64,000 nt of DNA from Oligoflexales bacterium (GTDB lineage: Bacteria; Bdellovibrionota_B; Oligoflexia; Oligoflexales; CAIYRB01), in assembly GCA_041736175.1 (NCBI GenBank), contig JBGSUI010000148.1, positions 1-64,000 of the forward strand, in the 5' to 3' direction. Each line of letters opens with the position of its first letter. Position 1 is the stretch's first letter. The translations under genes were made by a program, and so were the position numbers. The notes beneath the pieces are model-generated. The model had not been told where the DNA came from. It searched no databases and worked only from the letters and a program-made list of their open reading frames with translations. Of the stretch, positions 1 to 8,707 are shown piece by piece.

Positions 1-273
1 GCACCTTCGGCTCGTTGGTCCGGCGGAACCTGCATTCCAGTTTTCTCAGCGCGGGCGATTGTAAGAGATCAATCGATCGGAACCTACTTTTTCCATTTTC
101 CCTTGGATCAAAGCGAACCCTTCTATTCGACAAGGCAACAAAGTTATCCCCAAAAAATCCCCTTTTAGATTGACCCTTAGCGCCAAAAACACCTAAAAAT
201 CAGCCAAATTCTACAAAAAATGGGTAATCTCGAGATTTAGATGCCACATTGTGCTCCATCTAACACTTAATTC

Positions 274-290
274 TTGGCATATTACTTGCA
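274..290 (+). promoter_or_regulatory. Putative sigma54 (-24/-12) promoter
   Basis: TTGGCATATTACTTGCA: GG-N10-GC with TGGCA and TTGCA blocks, 86 bp upstream of the ATG at 376. Confidence 0.65.
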
Positions 291-375
291 CCCATGTTTT
301 CACTGCTGAAAGCGGTACGAAGATTAGGACGTCGGCATAGGAGTCCTGTGCCTTACAAACAAGATAGGAGATCAT

Positions 376-789
376 ATGGGTTCGTCACTTAAAAGTGTGG
401 CTGTCATCGTCGTCGGTCAATTTTTGGTTGGACCAAGTTTAAGGGCTGTCGATAGCACCAAAAAAATGGGCAACAGTGCGGCGGAAAGTCCAGAGAAAGA
501 CAACTCTAAGATCAATAAACGTGACGATGCGGTGACGAGTCCAACCGCAGACCAACAAGACAACGATAAACAAGATGTGGAAACTACCCGCAAAATTAGG
601 AGCGCCTTGACGGGCAACGACGCTCTCTCGACTTACGCCCATAATGTTAAGATCATCACACAAAAAGGGCAGGTTCTCCTCAAAGGCCCAGTACGGAACG
701 CAGAAGAAAAAAGAGTTGTCGAGGCGGCTGCCACCCAGATTGCAGGTGGAGACCGCGTTAAGAGCGAACTAGAAGTGACACCCGAGTAG
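376..789 (+). CDS. BON (OsmY-like) domain protein, probably exported
   Basis: TRKIRSAL...LSTYAHNVKIITQKGQVLLKGPVRNAEEK...VKSELEV BON pattern; hydrophobic N-terminus; AGGAG RBS. Confidence 0.85.
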   Translation: MGSSLKSVAVIVVGQFLVGPSLRAVDSTKKMGNSAAESPEKDNSKINKRDDAVTSPTADQQDNDKQDVETTRKIRSALTGNDALSTYAHNVKIITQKGQVLLKGPVRNAEEKRVVEAAATQIAGGDRVKSELEVTPE

Positions 790-841
790 GGATGGGTAGA
801 CAGATACAAATATTTACATTAACCGATCTAAGGAGATCATC

Positions 842-1411
842 ATGCCGTCGAAAGAAACATCCAACAACAGTTATAAGACATCCGCAAAATCTATGCCCAT
901 GGCTAGGGCTGTAAACAGCCAGCAAAGCGCTGTGAAGATCTTAGAAGGTCAGCACCGCGAGGTGGAGGGTCTCTTTGCGGAGATTGAGAAAGCTGGGGAC
1001 ACAGCCTTTAAGGTTAAAGAAAAATGGTTTAAAAAGCTCTCCGAAAAACTCTTAATGCATACCGAGCTAGAGGAAGAAATCTTTTATCCCGCATCCCAAC
1101 AGGCTGACGCAGTCCTCACCCAGGAGGCTATTGAGGAGCACGCCAACATTAAAGGCATGCTTGCAAAGCTGGCCGATCTTGGTGCAGAAGACGAAACTTT
1201 TGAGGCCAAAGTCAGGGTGTTAGAAGAGTTAGTCTCGCACCATGTGGAAGAAGAAGAAAAAGATCTCTTTCCAAAATGCGAAAAGGCTCTCGGTCGAGAA
1301 AAAATGCAGGCCCTCGGGCAGGAGATAGAGAAAAAAATGAATCAGAAAGAACCTCACATGCCCAAGAAATTAAAGGTTTCTGAGGGCGAGACGAGTTCTC
1401 GAGCACACTAG
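842..1411 (+). CDS. Hemerythrin/HHE cation-binding domain protein
   Basis: QHREVE, HTELEEEIFYP, EEHANIK, HHVEEEEKDLFP motifs; AGGAG RBS. Confidence 0.85.
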   Translation: MPSKETSNNSYKTSAKSMPMARAVNSQQSAVKILEGQHREVEGLFAEIEKAGDTAFKVKEKWFKKLSEKLLMHTELEEEIFYPASQQADAVLTQEAIEEHANIKGMLAKLADLGAEDETFEAKVRVLEELVSHHVEEEEKDLFPKCEKALGREKMQALGQEIEKKMNQKEPHMPKKLKVSEGETSSRAH

Positions 1412-1466
1412 AAATCTTAGGTGTGAAGCCGCAATGACTTTAAAATTTCAGCAGAAAGGAATTCCT

Positions 1467-2102
1467 ATGAATGACAAAAAAGTAGCTACATTCGGCATTT
1501 TTAAAAATCTGGTCAATGTGGAAAGAGCTGTGGATGCTCTCAAAATGGCAAATTTCAAAAGCTCTGATATTTCTGTCCTCCTTCCAGACAAAGAAGGGAC
1601 TAAAGACTTCGCCCACGAAAAGGCAACAAAAGCCCCTGAAGGTGCGACCACCGGAGGTGCGACCGGAGCAGTCCTTGGAGGGGCTTTTGGCTGGTTGGTT
1701 GGAATCGGGAGCCTCGCGATTCCTGGAGTGGGCCCCTTTATTGCAGCGGGTCCCATTATGGCGGCCCTTGCCGGTGTAGGAATTGGCACAGCAGTGGGTG
1801 GTCTGACAGGGGCCCTTGTGGGTATGGGGATGCCCGAGTACGAGGCTAAGCGCTATGAGGGAGTCGTTAAAAATGGGGGAATACTCCTTTCTGTCCACTG
1901 TTCGACTGATGAAGCCAAGGATCGGGCCAAAAAGATTCTTGAATCTATGGGCGGCGAAGGAATAGCATCAGCCGGCGAAGCAAGGAGTGACACAAGTAAA
2001 CAGCTTGCCACTCAGACGCTGCCTCTAAGTCGATCAGAAACTTTAATGGGATCTAATCGCCCCAGTCCAAGCCAGGACGATGGGACCCAGCCCAGGTTTT
2101 AA
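1467..2102 (+). CDS. General-stress-type membrane protein (DUF3341/YflT-like, Gly-zipper)
   Basis: KAPEGATTGG...LAIPGVGPFIAAGP...GMGMPEYEAKRYEG...GGILLSVH family pattern; start moved to ATG 1467 after AAGGA. Confidence 0.75.
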   Translation: MNDKKVATFGIFKNLVNVERAVDALKMANFKSSDISVLLPDKEGTKDFAHEKATKAPEGATTGGATGAVLGGAFGWLVGIGSLAIPGVGPFIAAGPIMAALAGVGIGTAVGGLTGALVGMGMPEYEAKRYEGVVKNGGILLSVHCSTDEAKDRAKKILESMGGEGIASAGEARSDTSKQLATQTLPLSRSETLMGSNRPSPSQDDGTQPRF

Positions 2103-2171
2103 TCGACCGGCTGGTGAGTGTCCTCTAAATTTAGCGGTTGTTAGAATCTAACTCATGGGAGGAGGAGGACT

Positions 2172-3596
2172 TTAGGTCCCTTCCTCCGCTTTGCAAGGAG
2201 ACTTTAACTGCTGACTCCACCGGGCCAAATCAGGGAGCCACTTTAACAGCTGAGGAAACTCGGTTTGGATAAGACTCCATTCTTGGCGAAGGGTTTGGTT
2301 AAATAGACCTGGATCATCCGCACCGATCACCAAGGCTACAGGCTTTTGGGGATAGGAGTCGTTATAGCGGCAAAACCCAGCAAGGGAGTGTTGTCCCCAG
2401 CTTGGTATCTGGCCGATCCTATGATTTGAGGTCGGGCAGACTTCGATGGCTGCCCCGGTGTCGGCAATCATCTGGAGCACCGCTTGTTGTAGGCTGCGGA
2501 CAGACTCCACCCTTTCCTTAAAGGGCATGGATGCTTCGGGGACCGCCATGGTTTCCATAAGCTGGTTCGTGTTTAGAGTGGAGAGCGCAGCAACCATTTT
2601 TTTAACGGCTCCCTGATTGAAAGAGTAGCCACCTGCCTGGAGAGAGTCGCCATACCGTAACAGCCAGCGCAGGTGATCAAGATGCTCCCCTTTTGATTCA
2701 GAGAGGCGTAACTGGTCAGGCCTTGTTTCATCGAGATAAACACCGGGGTCGACCCCCAGAGCAATACAGTGGCCTAAGCGGTGGGCCCCGAGACAGGCGG
2801 CTTCGTGGACCCACCTGATCGCACTGGGGAGGGATTTGTCGGTAAAGCTTTCTCCCACATGATAGAGCAGGGAAAGCCGCTGGTGGGGACGCCGCTTGTT
2901 TTCAAGGAGGACTTCTTTGAGGGCCTGAGCGATGGCCCGTGGAGGGTTTCTTTCTTCGGTCCCACACAGATCGATTCCGACGATACCCGCGATCCCCAGG
3001 TCCGTCGTCGATCCAGCGAGACTGGCGAGGGTCTGCCTGAGGATTCGGTGCTGGCGGCAAAAGAGGGTGGGGTCGCGGTTAAGGCTTAAGACGATGGGAG
3101 ATATCCAATCATGATCCTGTTTGATAGAAGTAAGGGTGCGGACGATACTTAGGATATAGCGGTGGACGGCGTCGTCCGAAAAATGGGGTGGGATCACGAT
3201 GCGATATTCCCCATATTCAGTCCCAGATTGGCGCTGGGCTAGGAGAATCTTGCGAAAGAAGTCGGTGTTGTCTGGATTTAAGGGAAAGAGCGCTATGGCC
3301 AGGTTAAAGCCCGCCTGAAATCGGGCAAAGGTCCCTGGCCCCCGCATCTCAAAATCCTCCTTCAGCCTGTCAAATCCCTGGGAATCTTTCCAATAGGTCT
3401 CCCACAGAGGAGTTTTGCCACAGAGCTTTTGGTATTCTTGGGCGTACCAAACAAGGCGCGGCTCTTGGGTCTTCCAGAGGTCGCGGCCCCACTCCCAAAG
3501 GCTCGCAGCGTCTATACACCCGTAGAGATGGGCGTGGAGTTCGGTGGCCATAAGCTCAACGAGCGAGGGGGGGATTTGATCTTGAGTTGGGGGCAT
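2172..3596 (-). CDS. Adenosine deaminase-like metallo-dependent amidohydrolase
   Basis: ELHAHLYG (HxH), HVGE, RLGHC, EVCPTSN and GADDPG motifs of the adenosine/AMP deaminase family. Confidence 0.8.
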   Translation of the reverse strand: MPPTQDQIPPSLVELMATELHAHLYGCIDAASLWEWGRDLWKTQEPRLVWYAQEYQKLCGKTPLWETYWKDSQGFDRLKEDFEMRGPGTFARFQAGFNLAIALFPLNPDNTDFFRKILLAQRQSGTEYGEYRIVIPPHFSDDAVHRYILSIVRTLTSIKQDHDWISPIVLSLNRDPTLFCRQHRILRQTLASLAGSTTDLGIAGIVGIDLCGTEERNPPRAIAQALKEVLLENKRRPHQRLSLLYHVGESFTDKSLPSAIRWVHEAACLGAHRLGHCIALGVDPGVYLDETRPDQLRLSESKGEHLDHLRWLLRYGDSLQAGGYSFNQGAVKKMVAALSTLNTNQLMETMAVPEASMPFKERVESVRSLQQAVLQMIADTGAAIEVCPTSNHRIGQIPSWGQHSLAGFCRYNDSYPQKPVALVIGADDPGLFNQTLRQEWSLIQTEFPQLLKWLPDLARWSQQLKSPCKAEEGT

Positions 3597-3612
3597 GGAA
3601 GGAAACCTTTGT

Positions 3613-5121
3613 TTAGGAAGGACTCATCAGATTTAAAATACGCTCTAGGTCCTGAGAGGTGTAGCGGATGCCAAGGGTGGCCGCTTGGTCGATCTGCCAG
3701 AGCCCTGGGGCCATGCCCTTGCGCTTTTTGATATGATGGCGCCTAGAGAAATAAACCTCACCGCTGGAAATATCCTGATTTTTTTGGTCGCGGTTTTTAG
3801 AATAGTAAAGAGCTAAGACCGCGGCCGCAAAAATAAGGGGATCGTCTACCCGTCCTTGTTTGGCTCCCTCGCTAAAGGGTGCCGAGGGGATGATGACGTG
3901 ACTGCCCGTGGCACCGACCGCATGGAGCCACAGGTCGTTGCCTTTGGCGTGTTTCACCAGCTGGTCGCTATCCATGGCGGATTTGCCCACATGGATTAAA
4001 AAATCCCTGGGTGGTTTAGACGGGTCAGTGAGGACAGGGAGCTTGAAGACCCTGAAAGGTTGGTGAGCATGGGGTTTTGTGAGGCTATTGATCGTCTTTT
4101 GTTTAGGAGCTAGCTGGAGGGTTCCTAGGATCTGTTGTATCTGACTGGGTGCCAGAGTCTCGGTCCTGAGGGTTTCGAGAGCCTGGGCTAAAGCTGTGAG
4201 GGAAGTTTCTAAGTTGGTCCGTTCCTCGGTGTGGATAAGCTGCCTTTTTTGGCTGCGGCGTAACTCATCAAAAGCCTCTTGTAACCACATGGCAGGGGTT
4301 TCGAAGGACTTGAGGGGAATCCTCAAAGCACCCTCTTGGTCTTCCACTTCTAGGATAGGATTGGCAACCAAGGTCAGTGGAGAAAGGAGATGGAAGTTGG
4401 CCTTGAGAGCATGGGCTTGGCGCTCTAGGAGAGGGAGATCCATCTCTGGGGCTTCTAGGTAGCGGGAAAGGGATTTCTTAAGGGTTTTAAGCCTGCGAGC
4501 CACCCGGTCACGGGCCTCTTTTTGTTCGGGGGAGAGGGAAGCAGGCGTGGCTCGTGCAGGGGAGGGGGCATCAGTGGCAGAATGTTTTGCAGACTTATCT
4601 GGTCTTGGGGAGGATTTCAAAAAATCCCTAAGAGCTAAGATCTCGACCTCGCCGGAAGAAGGGGGCCATGACGGGATGGGTGTGTCTAGTGGCTTTTTTT
4701 TGGTATAGGTCCCCTGCTGGCTCTTACGCACCAGACTGACGCCATCGGCTGCCACCACATGGCATTCGGGGGGAGAGCTCCACCGCAGTAGGACCCAGAG
4801 TTGCGGTGGAAGCGTTCGGGTTTTTTGGAGCGGTATCCAAAAATCGCCGTTTACTTTTAAAACCAACGGAATATGGCTTGTGGGCGCCTGTTTTCTAAGG
4901 GTCGCCACCAGCACGCCCGACGGCTTGGGGGTGAAAATCCTCTGGGGTTCCAGCCGGATTCCAAAAGTTTGCTGGTGGGCATCGACCACTAAAAAATTTT
5001 TAGTCTCTTGGGGTGGGTCTTCCTCCTGAGATTTGAAAGTGACTTGCCAGCCCACAAGGGGGCCTTCGCCCTCAAAAAATTTGCCGACCTTAAAGGAATC
5101 ATGTTTAGAAAACTCAGTCAT
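3613..5121 (-). CDS. NFACT-R (DUF814) domain protein, divergent RqcH/FbpA-like
   Basis: Central coiled coil and C-terminal VGKSAMDSDQL..DLWLHA..GSHVII..AAVLALYYSK..KKRKGMAPG NFACT-R signature. Confidence 0.75.
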   Translation of the reverse strand: MTEFSKHDSFKVGKFFEGEGPLVGWQVTFKSQEEDPPQETKNFLVVDAHQQTFGIRLEPQRIFTPKPSGVLVATLRKQAPTSHIPLVLKVNGDFWIPLQKTRTLPPQLWVLLRWSSPPECHVVAADGVSLVRKSQQGTYTKKKPLDTPIPSWPPSSGEVEILALRDFLKSSPRPDKSAKHSATDAPSPARATPASLSPEQKEARDRVARRLKTLKKSLSRYLEAPEMDLPLLERQAHALKANFHLLSPLTLVANPILEVEDQEGALRIPLKSFETPAMWLQEAFDELRRSQKRQLIHTEERTNLETSLTALAQALETLRTETLAPSQIQQILGTLQLAPKQKTINSLTKPHAHQPFRVFKLPVLTDPSKPPRDFLIHVGKSAMDSDQLVKHAKGNDLWLHAVGATGSHVIIPSAPFSEGAKQGRVDDPLIFAAAVLALYYSKNRDQKNQDISSGEVYFSRRHHIKKRKGMAPGLWQIDQAATLGIRYTSQDLERILNLMSPS

Positions 5122-5140
5122 AGGAGAGACCTAGGTGGTG

Positions 5141-5830
5141 TTAATGGTGCCGGGTCACGGAATGCCACTGGGACTCTAGGTCGACGAGTGCTTTTTTCAC
5201 TTTTGACTTTGCATCGCCAAACGCTAGGCCTTGGGTCTCCTCCGGGATCATGATTGGTTCCCCGTAGACCACGTGAATGGTGCTAAAGGGTTTGGGGATC
5301 TTAAATTGGTCCCAGGATTTTTTAAAGACCCAGGTTTGGGCCGCAGCGGCGTGAACCGGTAAAATGGCCACACCGGTCTTCCGGGCCACGTCGATGACCC
5401 CGCCCTTAACCCTATGCCGAGGTCCCTTAGGCCCGTCGACGGTGATCGCCGTGATCAGTCCTGTTTGAGCAGCTTCGGCCAGGTCCATACGGGCTTCGGG
5501 TCCCCGACGGCTGCTGGATCCTCGGATGGTCCGAAACCCCAGGCGGTCCATCACAAAGGTCACCAGCTCTCCGTCTTTGGACAGACTTGCCAGGGGAGCG
5601 ACGGGGAGGTGGCGGTGAGCGAGGATCGATGCAAAAAGATGCTCGTGCCAGAGAGCTAAACAAAAGCTGTTTTGGGGGTGGTGGCTAGCGGCTTGGGTTT
5701 GAAAGTTTAGCTGATGGACCTTAAAGCGGTAAGTCAAAAGCAGGGCTCGCACCACCAGGTACAGAATCCAACAGAAAAACTTTGTTTTGAGGTCGAGCTT
5801 TGAAATAGGGGGTTCGGGACTCGTCATCAA
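5141..5830 (-). CDS. DUF374 lysophospholipid acyltransferase family protein
   Basis: ALWH, SLSKDGE, IRGSSSRRG, ITVDGPKGP, SWDQFKIPKPFS motifs; overlaps mtgA stop by 4 bp. Confidence 0.85.
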   Translation of the reverse strand: MMTSPEPPISKLDLKTKFFCWILYLVVRALLLTYRFKVHQLNFQTQAASHHPQNSFCLALWHEHLFASILAHRHLPVAPLASLSKDGELVTFVMDRLGFRTIRGSSSRRGPEARMDLAEAAQTGLITAITVDGPKGPRHRVKGGVIDVARKTGVAILPVHAAAAQTWVFKKSWDQFKIPKPFSTIHVVYGEPIMIPEETQGLAFGDAKSKVKKALVDLESQWHSVTRHH

Positions 5831-6996
5831 AAGGAATCTTTCCCTGGGGCATTCAGTGGGGGTGTCTCAAGACTGGGTTCTGGGGTGGTTGGTGTGGGCT
5901 GGGGGATTGTTGAGGGAGGTTCTTTGTAGAGAGTCTCCTTAAAAAGCGCTGGTTTAGGATCTGCAAGGTTTTTCGTTGGCTCGGGTGCCGCAGTGGACGT
6001 GGGAGCTGGAGGTGACGTGGGAGCTGGAGGTGCGTTCACCTGCGGCAGCGCATTCACTCCTTGAGTGGGAGGCACATCAAATCCTTCCTCATCCTCATCA
6101 CAGGATTCAGGGTTATTGCAACTCTCGTCCTCATCCTGATTTTTTTGACTGGCATCTTCCACTGCCAGAAGGGAGGCATACCCAGCGATGGGTCGACCAA
6201 AATTGCCCCTCGTAATAGCCGCCGTCCATTGGGCCGACGTGACATATCCCGACTGACGCATGCGCTTAAGGATCAACCCGTAACGTCGGTTGCCAAAGTT
6301 AGTGAGGTTTTTTTGTCGTAGGCCCTTGGACCAAGCGTTGGGACTGGGTAGGACCAGGGCGAGGTTTATGGACTGTTCGATGGAGAGGAGCTCGGGTCTT
6401 GTGCGAAAATAGTGTTGGCTGCCAGCTGCGATGCCGTAGACCCCGTCGCCGAGTTCGACCAGATTAAGATACCATTCTAAAATGGCTTCTTTAGATATTA
6501 GGGTTTCAAGGAGCAAAGCACCGATGGCCTCACGGGCTTTGCGGATGATGGTTTTTTCTCGGTCCAAAAAAGCCATCTTGACGACCTGCTGGGTGATGGT
6601 GGAACCGCCGCGGACATAGCGGTTTTTCTTTTTGTTGAGTTCGTAAGAGCGTTGGATCTCTCCCAGGTCTAAACCCCGGTGTTGGAAAAACTTACCGTCC
6701 TCCGAAGCCACGACGGCATTTACAAAATGCCGGGAGATCTTCGCATAGGGAGTCCAGCCTTTTTCCTGAGGTCCAACCAGGACCCTGATCTCCCCTTCTT
6801 TCTTTGTGTACCGGGTGACGATCACGGGGCCATCGATAAGCCAATAGACTGGGGGAATAAACCAGGCAGTGCCAATCAACCCAAGAGATAGGAGGAGGAC
6901 CAGCCAGACTTTTTTGCGAAAAAAATATCGAACCAAGCCTTTTTTTACAGGTCTGGGCGCTTCGCTGTCCTCTAGATTTTCAAACTCTTCGGTCAT
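5827..6996 (-). CDS. mtgA: Monofunctional peptidoglycan transglycosylase (GT51) with acidic and Pro/Thr-rich C-terminal tail
   Basis: SEDGKFFQHRG, RGGSTITQQVVK, RKAREA, KEAILEWYLN, GVYGI..YF GT51 motifs; N-terminal TM anchor; no transpeptidase domain. Confidence 0.85.
   Translation of the reverse strand: MTEEFENLEDSEAPRPVKKGLVRYFFRKKVWLVLLLSLGLIGTAWFIPPVYWLIDGPVIVTRYTKKEGEIRVLVGPQEKGWTPYAKISRHFVNAVVASEDGKFFQHRGLDLGEIQRSYELNKKKNRYVRGGSTITQQVVKMAFLDREKTIIRKAREAIGALLLETLISKEAILEWYLNLVELGDGVYGIAAGSQHYFRTRPELLSIEQSINLALVLPSPNAWSKGLRQKNLTNFGNRRYGLILKRMRQSGYVTSAQWTAAITRGNFGRPIAGYASLLAVEDASQKNQDEDESCNNPESCDEDEEGFDVPPTQGVNALPQVNAPPAPTSPPAPTSTAAPEPTKNLADPKPALFKETLYKEPPSTIPQPTPTTPEPSLETPPLNAPGKDSF
5996..6031. 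repeat. Perfect 18-bp tandem duplication within mtgA tail
   Basis: GACGTGGGAGCTGGAGGT x2, encoding PPAPTS twice on the minus strand. Confidence 0.9.
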
Positions 6997-7116
6997 CCCT
7001 GGCCTGGATCTCCTAGTCTCTCATTGTGGGGGGGCATTCCGCAGTCACTGCCGCAGTCGGGGCCCTTGCGTGGACTTAGAATGGCATAGGAAAGGAGACT
7101 TGCCAACGACGGCTTA

Positions 7117-8064
7117 CTATAGAAAAGGCGCCAAGAGTTTTTCGGTGATTTGCCAAAGCTTTTCCTGATCTTCATGGTCGAGCGCTGATTCGGCCGGGGC
7201 CTTAGGTTTGCAGTCGATAAAATACTGGCCCGAGATGCGAGACACCGTGGGCGACGAGGCGAGGTAGACCGAGGTTTCGGCGCCCTTTGATTCCGAACGG
7301 GCAAACATCTGAAGGGTCCGAAAGATCGAGCCGCTTAAGCCCGAATTGTTGTGCCCAAATTTGCTGGCCACAAACCCCGGATGGAGACTATTGACCGAAA
7401 CGCTGCTGCCGCTCAGCCGTCGGGCAAGGGCATTGGTAAAGAGAATGTTTGCCAGCTTTGAACGTTGGTAGGCGCGAAAGCTATTGTAACCAGTTTCGGC
7501 CTGGAGGTCATCCCATGCCATTGAGATCCGGCGATGGGCTTCGCTGGAGACGTTGATAATCCGAGCTTCGGGTTGGCTTTGGTCCTTACCTTGGAGGTGG
7601 CTTAGAAGGTGATGGGTCATGAGGAAATAGCTCAGGTGGTTTAGGGCAAAGGTTTGTTCAAACCCATCTTCAGAAATCTGCCGCTGCTCAAAATATCCAC
7701 CTGCGTTGTTGATCAAGACGTCGATTCGGGGAAACCGAGATTTGATTTCTGCGGCTAGACGTTTGACCTCGGTGCATTTGGAGAGGTCGGCGATAAAAAC
7801 CTCTGGACGGACCTTAGATAGGTGGTCAAGATCCGTGGGGGTTGACCTGGTTTCCGTCGCCAACTGGAACAGCTCATCGGCGACGCGGCTGGTTTTATCG
7901 GGGCTACGGCCCACGAGTCCGATATGGGCGCCCTTTAGAATGAGTTGGCGTGCCGTTTCCTTGCCGATACCATCGGAGCTACCAGTGATGACCACGATTT
8001 TCCCGACGATCGACCACTCCGGCAGACTGGTCGGATTTTTTGCGGTTGGCGGGTGGGGAGCCAT
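7117..8064 (-). CDS. Short-chain dehydrogenase/reductase (retinol dehydrogenase-like)
   Basis: TGSSDGIG, NNAG, YQRSK catalytic motif, HPGFVAS; start uncertain (ATG 8064 or TTG 8091). Confidence 0.88.
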   Translation of the reverse strand: MAPHPPTAKNPTSLPEWSIVGKIVVITGSSDGIGKETARQLILKGAHIGLVGRSPDKTSRVADELFQLATETRSTPTDLDHLSKVRPEVFIADLSKCTEVKRLAAEIKSRFPRIDVLINNAGGYFEQRQISEDGFEQTFALNHLSYFLMTHHLLSHLQGKDQSQPEARIINVSSEAHRRISMAWDDLQAETGYNSFRAYQRSKLANILFTNALARRLSGSSVSVNSLHPGFVASKFGHNNSGLSGSIFRTLQMFARSESKGAETSVYLASSPTVSRISGQYFIDCKPKAPAESALDHEDQEKLWQITEKLLAPFL

Positions 8065-8140
8065 AGGATCCTTTTCGGTTGCTTTTTCCAAGAGAACTTA
8101 CTTTAATCTATCATAATCTCTTCCATGTCGTCTAACTAGG

Positions 8141-8581
8141 ATGCGACCCATGGTCACAGTGTCCAAAATAAAACAAGCCTTGGCTGCACTCCTTAAAGAA
8201 GTGGAGTTTAGCTACGCCCGCAGCAGCGGTCCTGGGGGGCAGAATGTCAATAAAACCAACACCAAGGTCCACCTTAAATGGCATGTCTTAGAGTCGTCAC
8301 TACCCAGCGACGTCAAACTAAGGTTTATCGATAGCTTTCGCACTAAAATCGACACCGACGGCTATGTGGTGATCTCCAGCCAAGCGGCCCGGGACCAGGA
8401 ACAAAACCGCGGTGATTGTTTAGAAAAGCTGGAGGCTATGATCGAAGCGGTTTGGACGCCGCCTAAAAAGAGGCGACCAACCCGTCCCACCAAGGGCTCT
8501 AAAGAACGTCGACTCTCCGAAAAAAGCCAGAGGTCCGACGTAAAAAAAGGCCGCCAGAAAAGTAAGTCCTGGGACTCCTAG
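8141..8581 (+). CDS. arfB: Alternative ribosome rescue peptidyl-tRNA hydrolase ArfB (YaeJ)
   Basis: RSSGPGGQNVNKTNTKV, RDQEQNR and basic tail KKRRPTRPTKGSKERRL. Confidence 0.95.
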   Translation: MRPMVTVSKIKQALAALLKEVEFSYARSSGPGGQNVNKTNTKVHLKWHVLESSLPSDVKLRFIDSFRTKIDTDGYVVISSQAARDQEQNRGDCLEKLEAMIEAVWTPPKKRRPTRPTKGSKERRLSEKSQRSDVKKGRQKSKSWDS

Positions 8582-8707
8582 GGGCCTCTGCTTTGGGAAA
8601 GTCCAATGGATTCCACCATACCTCTTGCACCCGAGGAAACCCTTAGCCTACAATCCCTCTCCGCAGGCCTTGAGCCTGAAAGTCCATTGACCGTGGGGGG
8701 AGTATTG

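Noticed and set aside
1..270. Possible gene end or ncRNA at the window start
   Set aside because: Short open frames exist but no recognisable protein motif or RNA family; insufficient context
2172..3596. RADAR defence deaminase RdrB
   Set aside because: Much shorter than RdrB as I recall it, no adjacent RdrA-type ATPase, and located in a housekeeping-like operon
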